64,000 nucleotides of DNA from Acidobacteriota bacterium (lineage in GTDB: Bacteria; Acidobacteriota; Vicinamibacteria; Vicinamibacterales; Fen-181): the NCBI GenBank assembly GCA_003170135.1, contig PMZR01000140.1, forward strand, positions 4,382 through 68,381, given 5' to 3'. Shown piece after piece: positions 1 to 8,432 of the stretch; the stretch's first letter is position 1; the number at the start of each line of letters is the position of its first letter. The notes beneath the pieces were generated by a model. It searched no databases. It was not told the origin of the DNA and saw only the letters and a list, made by a program, of their open reading frames with translations. The position numbers and the translations under genes were made by a program.

Positions 1-5
1 GAACC

Positions 6-404
6 ATGCGTGACTTCGCGATCACACCGAGCATCGCGGTAACGATTGGCCGGCAGACGCGCCTCTATCACGCGTTCGTCACGACCGCGCCGGCCGAACT
101 CGACAGCCCGTCGACGCTCACGCTTTACCTGTCAACCCTCGCCGATGTCTCCGGCTTCGCCGCTACGCCCGTCGTTCAGGAAAACCGGAGCTCGCAGGTC
201 TGTGCACGACTGGTGCTCGTCGATGCCAGCGAGCTGGCATGGCAGCGCGCTCGCTGCCGCGGCTATCACCACGTTTTCGCGCCCGCCGATCCTGTGCTGG
301 TTGCCCCCAACACGCTCCAGCACTGGCTCTGGCAGCGCCTCCAGGCTCCCGCTGATCGCGAAGGCGCGAGCGACGGGAACTCGCGACCGACGTCGTCGAA
401 GTGA
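6..404 (+). CDS. hypothetical protein (cargo of the tRNA-Gln-linked element; may begin upstream of the window)
   Basis: 132-aa ORF with G/C-rich third codon positions, on the same strand as the downstream element genes. No recognisable motif. Confidence 0.4.
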   Translation: MRDFAITPSIAVTIGRQTRLYHAFVTTAPAELDSPSTLTLYLSTLADVSGFAATPVVQENRSSQVCARLVLVDASELAWQRARCRGYHHVFAPADPVLVAPNTLQHWLWQRLQAPADREGASDGNSRPTSSK

Positions 405-461
405 ACCGAACGATCGTCAACCCGTTCGCCCAAGTGGCGAACTACATCAGGAGATCCAACC

Positions 462-776
462 ATGGACGGAATGGTCGTCAAAATCGTCGCGAACGACCGC
501 AGCAACCCGCCGGGAAAGCTGGCCGACGCCGAACTCCACTTCACGAGTGGCCCGCTCGAGGGGCTGAAGCTGATTGGCTTCGGGATCTGGGAGCGGCGGA
601 GCGGTGCCGGCCGGAACGTCACGTTCCCGGCGCGGCAGTACAGCGTGAACGGTGAACGCCGCAGCTTCGCGCTGCTGCGGCCGATCGTGGATGCGACCGC
701 GCAGGACCGCATCCGCGAGCTGCTGCTGCAGGCGTACGCCCAGTACGAGGAACAGACGGAGGAACTCCGCGCGTAG
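462..776 (+). CDS. small hypothetical protein, tentatively SpoVG-like fold
   Basis: ATG preceded by GGAG (caggagatccaaccATG). 104 aa. The segment FPARQYSVNGERRSFALLRP resembles the SpoVG MPSKRTPDGEFRDIAHP region, by eye only. Confidence 0.55.
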   Translation: MDGMVVKIVANDRSNPPGKLADAELHFTSGPLEGLKLIGFGIWERRSGAGRNVTFPARQYSVNGERRSFALLRPIVDATAQDRIRELLLQAYAQYEEQTEELRA

Positions 777-864
777 CAGTCAACTGGTCCCGGATGCCGC
801 CATCGTGGCGGCGTCCGGGACGTTCGTTCGTTGCCGGCGCACTACTTGCTGAAGGAGCCATCCA

Positions 865-1095
865 ATGATTACGAAGATCTGGCTGACCGTCGCAGAAGGC
901 GCAGAGTACTGCGGCCTGAGCAAGGATACGATCTACGCAGCCTGCGAACGCGGCGAACTGCGCCACGCCCGTGTCGGCGGACGGCGCGCGATTCGACTCC
1001 GCTCGGAGTGGATCGACGCCTGGCTGGAACAGTTCACCCGGGCGGTCGAATTCACGCCGGCGCCGCGCGAATCGTCTGGCGCCGCGATCGGGTAA
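865..1095 (+). CDS. excisionase/AlpA-type helix-turn-helix DNA-binding protein
   Basis: AAGGAG RBS. LTVAEGAEYCGLSKDTIYAACERGELRHARVGGRRAIRLRSEWIDAWL fits the Xis/MerR-superfamily HTH pattern. Lies just upstream of the integrase. Confidence 0.75.
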   Translation: MITKIWLTVAEGAEYCGLSKDTIYAACERGELRHARVGGRRAIRLRSEWIDAWLEQFTRAVEFTPAPRESSGAAIG

Positions 1096-1177
1096 GACGC
1101 AGCGGAAGAGCGAAAGACCGGGAGGGTCGACGTGCAGCGGTGCGCCGGCCCGCTCCGACTTGGAAGGGAGACGGCCA

Positions 1178-1495
1178 ATGGGCGACACGTGGATCACCGA
1201 TCTGACGCATTTCCTGAACGAGGACGGCTCCTTTCCGGCGAACATCCCCGGCCCCGCTCTGAACCTCGCGCTGTTCCTCAGCGCCATCGTCGCGTGGGTC
1301 ACGAGCCACGCGCCGGACGAGTACGACGAAACGAACGTGACGTGCCGGCGAAGTCCGGGCCGGAAGCGGTGCCTGGGCACCATCGTCGCGCGACTCAAGG
1401 ACGGCGAGGCGGTCGAATGGGGCTGTCCGGTGTGCGGCGACAACGGCGTCATTCGCGGTTGGGAATCGACCCCGTGGGACCGTCGCGACGGATGA
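1178..1495 (+). CDS. hypothetical Cys-containing protein of the integrative element
   Basis: Internal ATG at 1178 preceded by GGAAGGGAG. 105 aa with C..C and WGCPVCGD, a possible zinc ribbon. The longer upstream ORF extension is Arg/Ser-rich and unlikely to be coding. Confidence 0.5.
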   Translation: MGDTWITDLTHFLNEDGSFPANIPGPALNLALFLSAIVAWVTSHAPDEYDETNVTCRRSPGRKRCLGTIVARLKDGEAVEWGCPVCGDNGVIRGWESTPWDRRDG

Positions 1496-1590
1496 GTTTC
1501 GCGGGCGGGATGTTGGGGCGCAGATGCGCAACAACGGGGCGTCAGACGCGGTAGGATCGGTACCGTATTCCGGACAAGGGACGGTTGGTG

Positions 1591-3147
1591 ATGGGGCTCT
1601 ACAAGCTCTGCGAGCACAAAGGCCGTGCGAGGGATCGGTGCCCTCATCCGTGGTGGGGAGGCTACCGCGGGCATCGAGTCAGTCTGTCGCGATGGGCGAA
1701 TCGGGAGATCCTCGGCAAGGACGACGCCGCGTCGCTGCTCGAACAACTCCGAAAGGCCGTTCGTGCGGGGACCTTCGACGACCGCGGCCTCGAACCGCCC
1801 AAGGAGTCGGCGTCGCTCACGTTCGCCGAGCTGGCCGAGAAATACAAGCAACGTCACGTCATCGCCAAGGGCCTGGCCCTGGCGAAGGTGATCGACTACC
1901 GCCTGAAGCCCCTCGTCGAGCGCTTTGGCGACCAGCCGCTGGCGAGCATCCGCACGGCCGATATCGAGGACTTCATCGCGGACTTGAAGAAGCTGCCGCG
2001 CAGCGGTGGCCGAACGAGCGGACGCCCGCTGTCGCCGGCGTCCATCAACCGCAACATCGAGCTGCTGCGGCACATGATGAACTGGGCGGTGGGTCGGGAG
2101 TATCTCGATCGGACGCCGTTCCGCCGAGGAACGGAGACGCTGATTCGCAAACAGTACGAAGACAATCAGCGCCGACGACGACTGACCGAGGAGGAGGAAG
2201 GGAAGCTCCTGAGCGTCGCGGCGCCGATGCTCCGCTCGGTGATCATCGCCGCGCTCGACACCGGCATGCGGCGTGGCGAGATGCTCGCGCTGCGGTTCGC
2301 GGACATCGACTTCGGACGCCTGCTCATCACGCTTCGCGGATCCACCACCAAGAGCGGCAAGACGAGGTTCGTGCCCATTCCGACCGAGCGGCTGCGCGCG
2401 GTACTCGAGTGGCTGCGCCTCGACGCGGCGGGCCAGGAGAAGCCAGACGAGGCACGCGTGTTCAGCGATGAAGTCGGCGACCCGGTGGGATCGTTCCGCA
2501 GAGCCTGGATGACCGCGGTCCTCAAAGCGCACGACGTGGACGTCAAGTGGTGCGCCGACGGCGGCTGGCGGCATCTGTCGCCCGAGTGTGAGGAGGCGTT
2601 TCGGAAGATCGATCTGCACTGGCACGACCTGCGGCATGAGTACGCCTCGCGCCTAGTCGAACACGGCGTGCCGCTGGCACAAGTGCGCGACCTTCTCGGC
2701 CACGCGTCGATCACCACCACCGAGCGGTACGACAACCAGAAGCTCGAGAACCTGCAGGCGTCCGCGGCGAAGCTCGAGGCAGGAAAGATCTTCGCGCCGT
2801 CACCCTCGACGGCCACCAAGCCGGCGCCACCCAAGCCGCGCAAGGTCCGCACGCTGGCGAGCGCGCCCGCGCAAACGCCGAGCGATCTCACCCGCCCGTC
2901 GCGAGGCACGAACGACGCCACCCGACACGCGCCGACACCGCCACCCATGGCCCCGTCCAATCGGGATGCCGCAACTTTTTGTCAAGTTTTTGTCAAGATC
3001 GGCCCTCAGGAGGCCTGCTCAGCTAACGTAGATCGAGCCCTCGAAATGGAGCTTAAAGCTTTGAAGGAGAAGGGCTTGCAGGATTGGCTGGGAGGCAGGG
3101 ATTCGAACCCCGATAACGTGGTCCAGAGCCACGTGTCCTACCGTTGA
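1591..3147 (+). CDS. tyrosine recombinase / phage-type integrase
   Basis: Catalytic-domain motifs TGMRRGEMLAL, HWHDLRHEYASRL and LLGHASITTTERY. Adjacent to the tRNA 3' end. The ORF has no stop until 3147, so its Pro/Ala-rich tail runs antisense into the tRNA gene. The start could be TTG 1585, GTG 1588 or ATG 1591. Confidence 0.85.
   Translation: MGLYKLCEHKGRARDRCPHPWWGGYRGHRVSLSRWANREILGKDDAASLLEQLRKAVRAGTFDDRGLEPPKESASLTFAELAEKYKQRHVIAKGLALAKVIDYRLKPLVERFGDQPLASIRTADIEDFIADLKKLPRSGGRTSGRPLSPASINRNIELLRHMMNWAVGREYLDRTPFRRGTETLIRKQYEDNQRRRRLTEEEEGKLLSVAAPMLRSVIIAALDTGMRRGEMLALRFADIDFGRLLITLRGSTTKSGKTRFVPIPTERLRAVLEWLRLDAAGQEKPDEARVFSDEVGDPVGSFRRAWMTAVLKAHDVDVKWCADGGWRHLSPECEEAFRKIDLHWHDLRHEYASRLVEHGVPLAQVRDLLGHASITTTERYDNQKLENLQASAAKLEAGKIFAPSPSTATKPAPPKPRKVRTLASAPAQTPSDLTRPSRGTNDATRHAPTPPPMAPSNRDAATFCQVFVKIGPQEACSANVDRALEMELKALKEKGLQDWLGGRDSNPDNVVQSHVSYR
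2976..2997. repeat. perfect tandem direct repeat TTTTTGTCAAG x2 (AT-rich)
   Basis: Read directly. The two 11-mers are head to tail, about 90 nt from the tRNA-Gln 3' end and inside the integrase ORF tail. Confidence 0.9.
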
Positions 3148-3158
3148 ACGACCTCCCA
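3085..3158 (-). tRNA. tRNA-Gln (anticodon CUG), CCA encoded
   Basis: Hand-folded cloverleaf. Acceptor stem TGGGAGG/CCTCCCA, D stem GTTC/GGAC, anticodon stem CGTGG/CCACG with loop CTCTGGA, T arm CGGGG-TTCGAAT-CCCTG, discriminator G, then CCA. 74 nt. Confidence 0.93.
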
Positions 3159-3220
3159 CCATGGGCACCCCAACGCGGCTGCCGCATCGGGGAACCCCGC
3201 CACTGGCGGGCGAACACTGC

Positions 3221-3250
3221 ATTGTATCGAACAGGGATGAGCCGGCGCAA
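3221..3250 (-). promoter_or_regulatory. possible sigma70-type promoter for tRNA-Gln
   Basis: On the minus strand: TTGCGC (3250-3245), an 18-nt spacer, then TACAAT (3226-3221), about 60 nt upstream of the mature tRNA 5' end. Pattern match only. Confidence 0.3.
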
Positions 3251-3367
3251 GAGCCACGTCGCGCAAGCGAAGAGTCGATCGCTCGCGTCAAGCTTGCACG
3301 CTGGGTTGTCGAGGTGGGGACGAGCGGGCAACGAAATGCCGCGCGCCGGTGCCCGGCGATCCGTCAT

Positions 3368-3478
3368 CGACAACGCACGGACGCCGGACACCAGAACGCG
3401 GAGAGCGGACGAGAACGAAGAACGACGACAAACGATGCGAACGAAACGACGACGAACGAACGACGACGACGAACGACC
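3368..3478. repeat. T-depleted ACG-rich low-complexity tract
   Basis: I count one T in about 111 nt on the plus strand. AACGA/GACGA motifs recur, e.g. gaacgaagaacgacgacaaacgatgcgaacgaaacgacgacgaacgaacgacgacgacgaacgac. Confidence 0.8.
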
Positions 3479-3772
3479 CTTCGACTCGCGCCGCACGATG
3501 CGACGCTCACTCAGGGCAAGCGACGCGACGATCGAAGCGATGCGAACGACGTGAGCGAAAAGGAGACGCTCGCGTCAAGAGCACGAGGAATGCCAGTCCC
3601 GACTGGCGCCTGACCGCGCGGTTTTCGCGGCCGACCAGGCCGGCCGTCCTCAGATCTGGGCGGCTGCGGTGTCTTCTCGCGGTGACGCCAGGCTGCCCGG
3701 AAAACGGCTTCTGCAGGATCAATACGCCCGCGATCGGCGCGCGTTTCACCTCCGAAACACGCGCGCGGGACC

Positions 3773-5308
3773 TCATCGTTTCAGCGGGTAGATGTCCCTC
3801 GGGACGTTCTTGTACGGAATCGTCGTGACGTCGGCCGGCCCGAGGCCGGGCGCGTCGATGACCACGACCGCCTTCGCGAGGCCGTCCTCCACGAAGCCGC
3901 GCCAGAAGTGCACGCGCGACTTCAGCATGATGATGTCGAGCTTCGCCAGGTCGATGTGCAGGGCGCTGAAGATGCCGGGATCGGTGACCTGGTCGAGGTC
4001 CGGCGTGAGGATCACGCGGTTGTTGTCACCAAAGAGCAGCACCGCCACCGTCTTGAACTGCTGGTACGGCCCGAGGAACTCCACCGTGCCGTCAATCTTC
4101 ACCGGCTTCCCCGCCAGCTCCTCGGCCCAGCCGCCGACATCCACCACGATCCGGTCGCCGACCTTCGCCTTCGCGGCGATCTCGGCGATCGCCTTCTCGT
4201 CGGAGATCGTGGTCACGCAGAAGTTCTTCGCGCCCTGGCGGACGAGCTCCGCGAGAATCCACGTCGAGTTGCCGGTGCGATCCGACTGGTCGGCCACCAC
4301 GACCGGCGTGTGGCCGGCGCGCGCCTCCGCGATCGCCTTCGTGACGCCCTCCTTCGTCTTCGGCAGCGTCGTGCCCGCGAACGCCTCGCGCTTCTTCCAG
4401 ATGAACCCCGACATGTCGTCGGCGATTCGCTCGGCCAGCTTCGGATCCTTGTTGGTGACGACCATGACGGTGGCGCCGACATCAGGCACGTCGGCGTAGG
4501 CGAAGCCGTAGGCCACCGACACGTACGCATCCTTCGTGCGCTCCTCCCAGATCCGCGCGCGCTCCATGATCTCCATCGACGGCGACGTGCCCGTGCCCTG
4601 GAACACGCTCGGCGTCAGCACGCCGGGCTTTCTCGTGGCCATCGTCGGCGTGTAGGTGCCCTTGATCGTGCGCAGCATGATGCGCGCGGCGCGCTCGCCC
4701 TGCAGCGCGGCGTCATAGTGCGGGTACCGCTTGATGATGAAGACGGCGTCGGCGACGTCCGACAGCTCGCGATCCTCGTTGGCGTGCAGGTCGAGCGTGA
4801 CGAAGATCGGCGTCTTGCCGGCGACTTTGCGCACGCGGCGCACGAGTTCGGCCTCCGGCTTCGGCACGCCGGTCACGGCCATCGCGCCGTGCAGCGCCAG
4901 GTAGATGCCATCGACCGGACCTGCCTGTTTCAGATCGCTCGCGATGCCGTTCGAGTACTTGTCGAACGCCTCCTCTGTGACCCAGCTCCCCGACGATCCG
5001 CCCTTCGCATCCCTGGGCGACAGCAGGCCGACGAGTTCGACGTTGTCGTACTCGCGCGCCGCATCGACGAAGCCGCGGATGTACCCGTTCTGCTTCAGCA
5101 CCTGGTCGCCGCGGACCGGCGGGCCGTAGAACTCCCACTCGGCGATGCCGGTCGGCTCCGGGCAGAAGGTGCAGGTTTCGTGTGAGAAGGTTGCGACGGC
5201 AAGACGAATCTTCTTCGGCGCCGGCGTCGACGTCTGCTGCGCAGGCATCGCACAGGCGGCAGCGAGAACCGGACACACAACAATGATGATCGCAAAGAGT
5301 AATCGCAC
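3773..5308 (-). CDS. M81 family metallopeptidase (MlrC-like), exported
   Basis: SHETCTF, LALHGAM, LDLHAN and IIKRYPHYD are typical of the MlrC N- and C-terminal domains. GTG start at 5308 is preceded by AAGGAGG. Signal-like N-terminus VRLLFAIIIVVCPVLAAACA. Confidence 0.85.
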   Translation of the reverse strand: MRLLFAIIIVVCPVLAAACAMPAQQTSTPAPKKIRLAVATFSHETCTFCPEPTGIAEWEFYGPPVRGDQVLKQNGYIRGFVDAAREYDNVELVGLLSPRDAKGGSSGSWVTEEAFDKYSNGIASDLKQAGPVDGIYLALHGAMAVTGVPKPEAELVRRVRKVAGKTPIFVTLDLHANEDRELSDVADAVFIIKRYPHYDAALQGERAARIMLRTIKGTYTPTMATRKPGVLTPSVFQGTGTSPSMEIMERARIWEERTKDAYVSVAYGFAYADVPDVGATVMVVTNKDPKLAERIADDMSGFIWKKREAFAGTTLPKTKEGVTKAIAEARAGHTPVVVADQSDRTGNSTWILAELVRQGAKNFCVTTISDEKAIAEIAAKAKVGDRIVVDVGGWAEELAGKPVKIDGTVEFLGPYQQFKTVAVLLFGDNNRVILTPDLDQVTDPGIFSALHIDLAKLDIIMLKSRVHFWRGFVEDGLAKAVVVIDAPGLGPADVTTIPYKNVPRDIYPLKR

Positions 5309-5436
5309 CCCAGCCTCCTTATGCGGTGTCCCGGCCCGAAAGGCAAAAGCCGGGACGCGGCAGCCTACCATACGGTCGAGGTCGATGGAGCAGGCCGAGG
5401 CCGGGTGGCGGGCAAGGGAGAAGGTAGAATGGTGGC

Positions 5437-6333
5437 GTGGAATCGGACCGCGACAAGCTGCAGGCCGCATGGCGGCGCCACGAGCGCCGCTTTGCCGACA
5501 ACCTCTACGTCTACGCGGTCGTGTCGCGACGCAGCGGCGGCGTGTCGGTCGGCATCAACCTGAATCCGGGCAAGGAGTGCAATTTCGATTGCGTGTACTG
5601 CCAGGTGGACCGGACGACGCCCGCGGTCACGCGCAAGGTGGATCTGGTACGCCTGGCCGCGGAACTCGACCGCGTGCTCGCCGCGGAACACGACGGCTCG
5701 CTCTACCAGGCGATGCCCTTCGCCGTGCTGGCGGCCGATCGGCGCGGCGTGCGCGACATCGCCTTCTCGGGCGACGGCGAGCCGACGACGTATCGTCGAT
5801 TCGGCGACGCGGTGCGGATTGCCGCCGACGCGCGCCGCCGGTTCGGGCTCGACGCCACCAAGCTCGTGTTGATTACCGACTCGGCGTACCTCGCGAAGCC
5901 CGCCGTACGTGACGGGCTGGTCTTGATGGACGCGAACAACGGGGAGGTGTGGGCGAAACTCGACGCGGGTACCGAGGAGTACCTGCGCCTGGTCGATCGG
6001 CCGAACGTGTCGCTGCAGGTTCTGCTCGACAACATCCTGGCGACCGCCCGCGTGCGCCCGATCGTGATCCAGACGCTCTGGCTGCGCGTGAACGGCGAGC
6101 CGCCGCCGCCGGCCGAGATCGACGCGTATTGCGCGAGGGTGAACGATCTCGTCGGGGCGGGCGCGCAGATGAAGGCGATCCAGCTTCACACGATCGCGCG
6201 CGCGCCGGCCGAACGGTTCGCGGCGCCGCTCTCCGACGGAGCGCTCGATGCGATCGCCGCCGTCGTCGCCGCGCGCGTGCCCGTGCCGATTGAGAAGTTC
6301 TACGGGATACAGATCGACGAGGCGAACCAGTAG
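5437..6333 (+). CDS. radical SAM protein
   Basis: CNFDCVYC (CxxxCxxC) about 50 aa from the N-terminus, followed by the glycine-rich FSGDGEPT. GTG start. Confidence 0.8.
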   Translation: MESDRDKLQAAWRRHERRFADNLYVYAVVSRRSGGVSVGINLNPGKECNFDCVYCQVDRTTPAVTRKVDLVRLAAELDRVLAAEHDGSLYQAMPFAVLAADRRGVRDIAFSGDGEPTTYRRFGDAVRIAADARRRFGLDATKLVLITDSAYLAKPAVRDGLVLMDANNGEVWAKLDAGTEEYLRLVDRPNVSLQVLLDNILATARVRPIVIQTLWLRVNGEPPPPAEIDAYCARVNDLVGAGAQMKAIQLHTIARAPAERFAAPLSDGALDAIAAVVAARVPVPIEKFYGIQIDEANQ

Positions 6334-6400
6334 TCAGTAGTCAGTAGACAGTAGTCAGTAGACAGTAGTCAGTAGACAGTAGTCAGTAAACGGTAGACGG
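6331..6400. repeat. heptamer tandem array, 10 units TAGTCAG/TAGACAG
   Basis: Read directly. The first unit contains the TAG stop of the radical SAM gene. Confidence 0.95.
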
Positions 6401-6461
6401 CGTGTCACGAGATGCCTGCGCCGTTCCACGGCCCAGTGCGAGCCCAGCCCAGCACCCCGCA

Positions 6462-6496
6462 CCCTACTCCCTACTGCCTACTCTCTACTGTCTACT
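6462..6496. repeat. heptamer tandem array, 5 units NNCTACT (complement of the 6331 array)
   Basis: ccctact ccctact gcctact ctctact gtctact. This is the inverted partner of 6331-6400 and ends 19 nt from the stop of the convergent gene. Confidence 0.9.
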
Positions 6497-6514
6497 GTTT
6501 CCTGTTCCACGCGT

Positions 6515-8404
6515 TCAATTCGTCGTCTTCCTCGCCGCAGCGGGCACCTTGACCATCGCAGCCTGCAGCACGCGCCGCACAGGCGACGGCGCCTCGGCCC
6601 TGCCGCCGCCCGCCTGCGCGCCGGCCGCGGGCGTGTCGGCCGCGGCCGTGGCAGCCTTGTCCTGCGCCGGATCCTCATCCTGCACGAAGGCCACCACCAG
6701 CAGTCGCGACGCGTCGATGTCGTCCCTGCGCCCGTCGGTGAAGGTCGGCTTGTCGCCGCCGCGGAAGGGCTTCGAGAGGAACTCGTCGATGGCCTTCCGG
6801 TTGTCGGCCAGGATCTTCGCCAGGTCGAACACGTGCTCGACCTTCGCGCCCTTCTTGGCGTCCACGGCGAAGCCCTTGCTGTCGGCGCCCGCGAGGCTGC
6901 GCACCACCATCGGGTGGAAGCGGATTCCGTTCGGCCCGCTGTAGCGCTGCTGCTCCTCCACCAGCGCGATCTGCAGCTTCAGCTTGCTCGATGCGCTGGC
7001 GATCCGGCTGACGTCGGCCGTCACGCGAATCGCCGATCCAACCAACGCGGCATTCAGCTTGATCTGCGCCTCGGGCGCGACGGCCAGCTGCTTCTCGACG
7101 ACCGGGTTGATGTCGTCCTTGAAGATCCCCTCGGCCGCGTCGGCGCCGCCGCCGCCCACCTTGCTCCTCCCGTCGATCGCGAACGTCGGCACGCCGCGCA
7201 GCGCGTAGATCTCCTTGCGCGCCTCGGTGGACGGATTGGTCATCGGGTCGGGCCCGGGAATGTGCTGGTGGTAGACGATGAGCGCCATGTCCTGGCGGGA
7301 GAAGCGCTCGAATGCGGCGTCGAACGCCATGTCGGCGCCGACGCAGGGCGGACAGGCCGCGCCGGTGAACAGTTCGGCCAGCACGAGCCGCGGAGTTGTC
7401 GCCTTCGGCCGCGCGTACGGCTTCACTTCGAGCGGTTTGGTGAACTTGCGGTACCTCTCGTCGAGCAGCGCCTCGAGGCCGTCGGTGGATCCGTTGTGCG
7501 CCTTCTTGTAGATCGCCTCGAGCGCCTGCCGGGTCGCGGCCGAGGCGCCACCGAGCACGTAGGCGCTCGCGCGATACTCGATCTCGCCTTGCGTGTCGCC
7601 TGCCTTCGCGCTCAGATCGGCCAGCGCCGCCGCCACCGTCCGTCGCGTGGCAGGCACATCAGCCGCCCAGGCCTCTCTGAGGGTCTTCTCGGCCTCGGCT
7701 GTCTTGCCGCGCTTCAGGTAGATCTGACCGAGCGTCGACAGCGCGCTCACGTGCGTCGTCTTGAACTGGCTTCGCAGGTTGTCGTCGCTGACCTCGCGAC
7801 CGGATCGGCCGCCTCGCCCGCCGACGGTCAACCCCTCCGTGTAGTACGACACACCGTCGCGTATCGTTCTGACGAGCGGCGTGCCCGCGGCGCGGGCGTC
7901 CTTGGTTGCGGCGATGTAAGTCTCTTCGTCGATGGCGGCCGCGCGCTTGGCGGCCGTCTCCGCTTCGTCGAGGAACAGGTCCGCGCCGAGCAGGTTCGAC
8001 GCGAACTGGGCCACCTCGGCCAGGTTCTTCGAGTCCGCGACCTGCTTTGCGAGCGCCTGCACGGCGCTCTTGTCGGCCCGCAGGCTCGTGGCCAGCTGGC
8101 TGGCCAGCTGCGTCCTCGCCACGCCGGCGGCCGCGCTCTTCGGATAGTCATCGATCACCTTTTGCAGCGCGGGGAACCTCTTCGCGTTGTCGGTGATCTT
8201 GAGCGCGTCGTTCAACGCGGCCAGCTCGGGCGGCTGGGTGGACGCCGCCTGATCCGGCTTCGCCTTGGCGTCAGGTGCCTGGCCCTGAACAGCCGGCGGT
8301 GCCTGCGCGGCCTGTTGGGCCGCCAGCGGACGCGGGGACAGCGCGAAAGCGAACAAGGCGACCGGTGCAAGCGCGCATGCGCCGGCCCATCGAATGCGGA
8401 TCAT
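6515..8404 (-). CDS. exported TPR plus thioredoxin-like (CPPC) protein, paralogue 1
   Basis: Signal peptide MIRIRWAGACALAPVALFAFALS. Helical repeat region (LGQIYLKRGKTAEAEKTLREA). ELFTGAACPPCVGADMAF...YHQHIPGPDPMTN thioredoxin-fold motif. ATG 8404 with GGAG upstream. Confidence 0.75.
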   Translation of the reverse strand: MIRIRWAGACALAPVALFAFALSPRPLAAQQAAQAPPAVQGQAPDAKAKPDQAASTQPPELAALNDALKITDNAKRFPALQKVIDDYPKSAAAGVARTQLASQLATSLRADKSAVQALAKQVADSKNLAEVAQFASNLLGADLFLDEAETAAKRAAAIDEETYIAATKDARAAGTPLVRTIRDGVSYYTEGLTVGGRGGRSGREVSDDNLRSQFKTTHVSALSTLGQIYLKRGKTAEAEKTLREAWAADVPATRRTVAAALADLSAKAGDTQGEIEYRASAYVLGGASAATRQALEAIYKKAHNGSTDGLEALLDERYRKFTKPLEVKPYARPKATTPRLVLAELFTGAACPPCVGADMAFDAAFERFSRQDMALIVYHQHIPGPDPMTNPSTEARKEIYALRGVPTFAIDGRSKVGGGGADAAEGIFKDDINPVVEKQLAVAPEAQIKLNAALVGSAIRVTADVSRIASASSKLKLQIALVEEQQRYSGPNGIRFHPMVVRSLAGADSKGFAVDAKKGAKVEHVFDLAKILADNRKAIDEFLSKPFRGGDKPTFTDGRRDDIDASRLLVVAFVQDEDPAQDKAATAAADTPAAGAQAGGGRAEAPSPVRRVLQAAMVKVPAAARKTTN

Positions 8405-8432
8405 GAGCGGACTCCAGGGGGACGTAGACATC

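Noticed and set aside
619-2637. 672-aa minus-strand ORF. Similar very long ORFs lie antisense or out of frame to confident genes: 20547-24251 (+), 28077-30242 (-), 31287-33680 (-), 32807-35419 (+), 35489-37825 (+), 37508-39373 (-), 47583-49517 (+), 55787-57145 (+), 57236-59335 (+).
   Set aside because: Their translations are Arg/Ala/Gly/Pro-rich low-complexity strings with no motifs. They overlap genes that have clear family signatures on the other strand or frame. Long spurious ORFs are expected in high-GC DNA because stop codons are rare.
3144-3828. ORFs of 136-159 aa in the tRNA-upstream region.
   Set aside because: They translate the T-depleted low-complexity tract into Arg/Thr/Asp/Glu repeats. 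They lack RBS or start context and have no coding-like third-position pattern.
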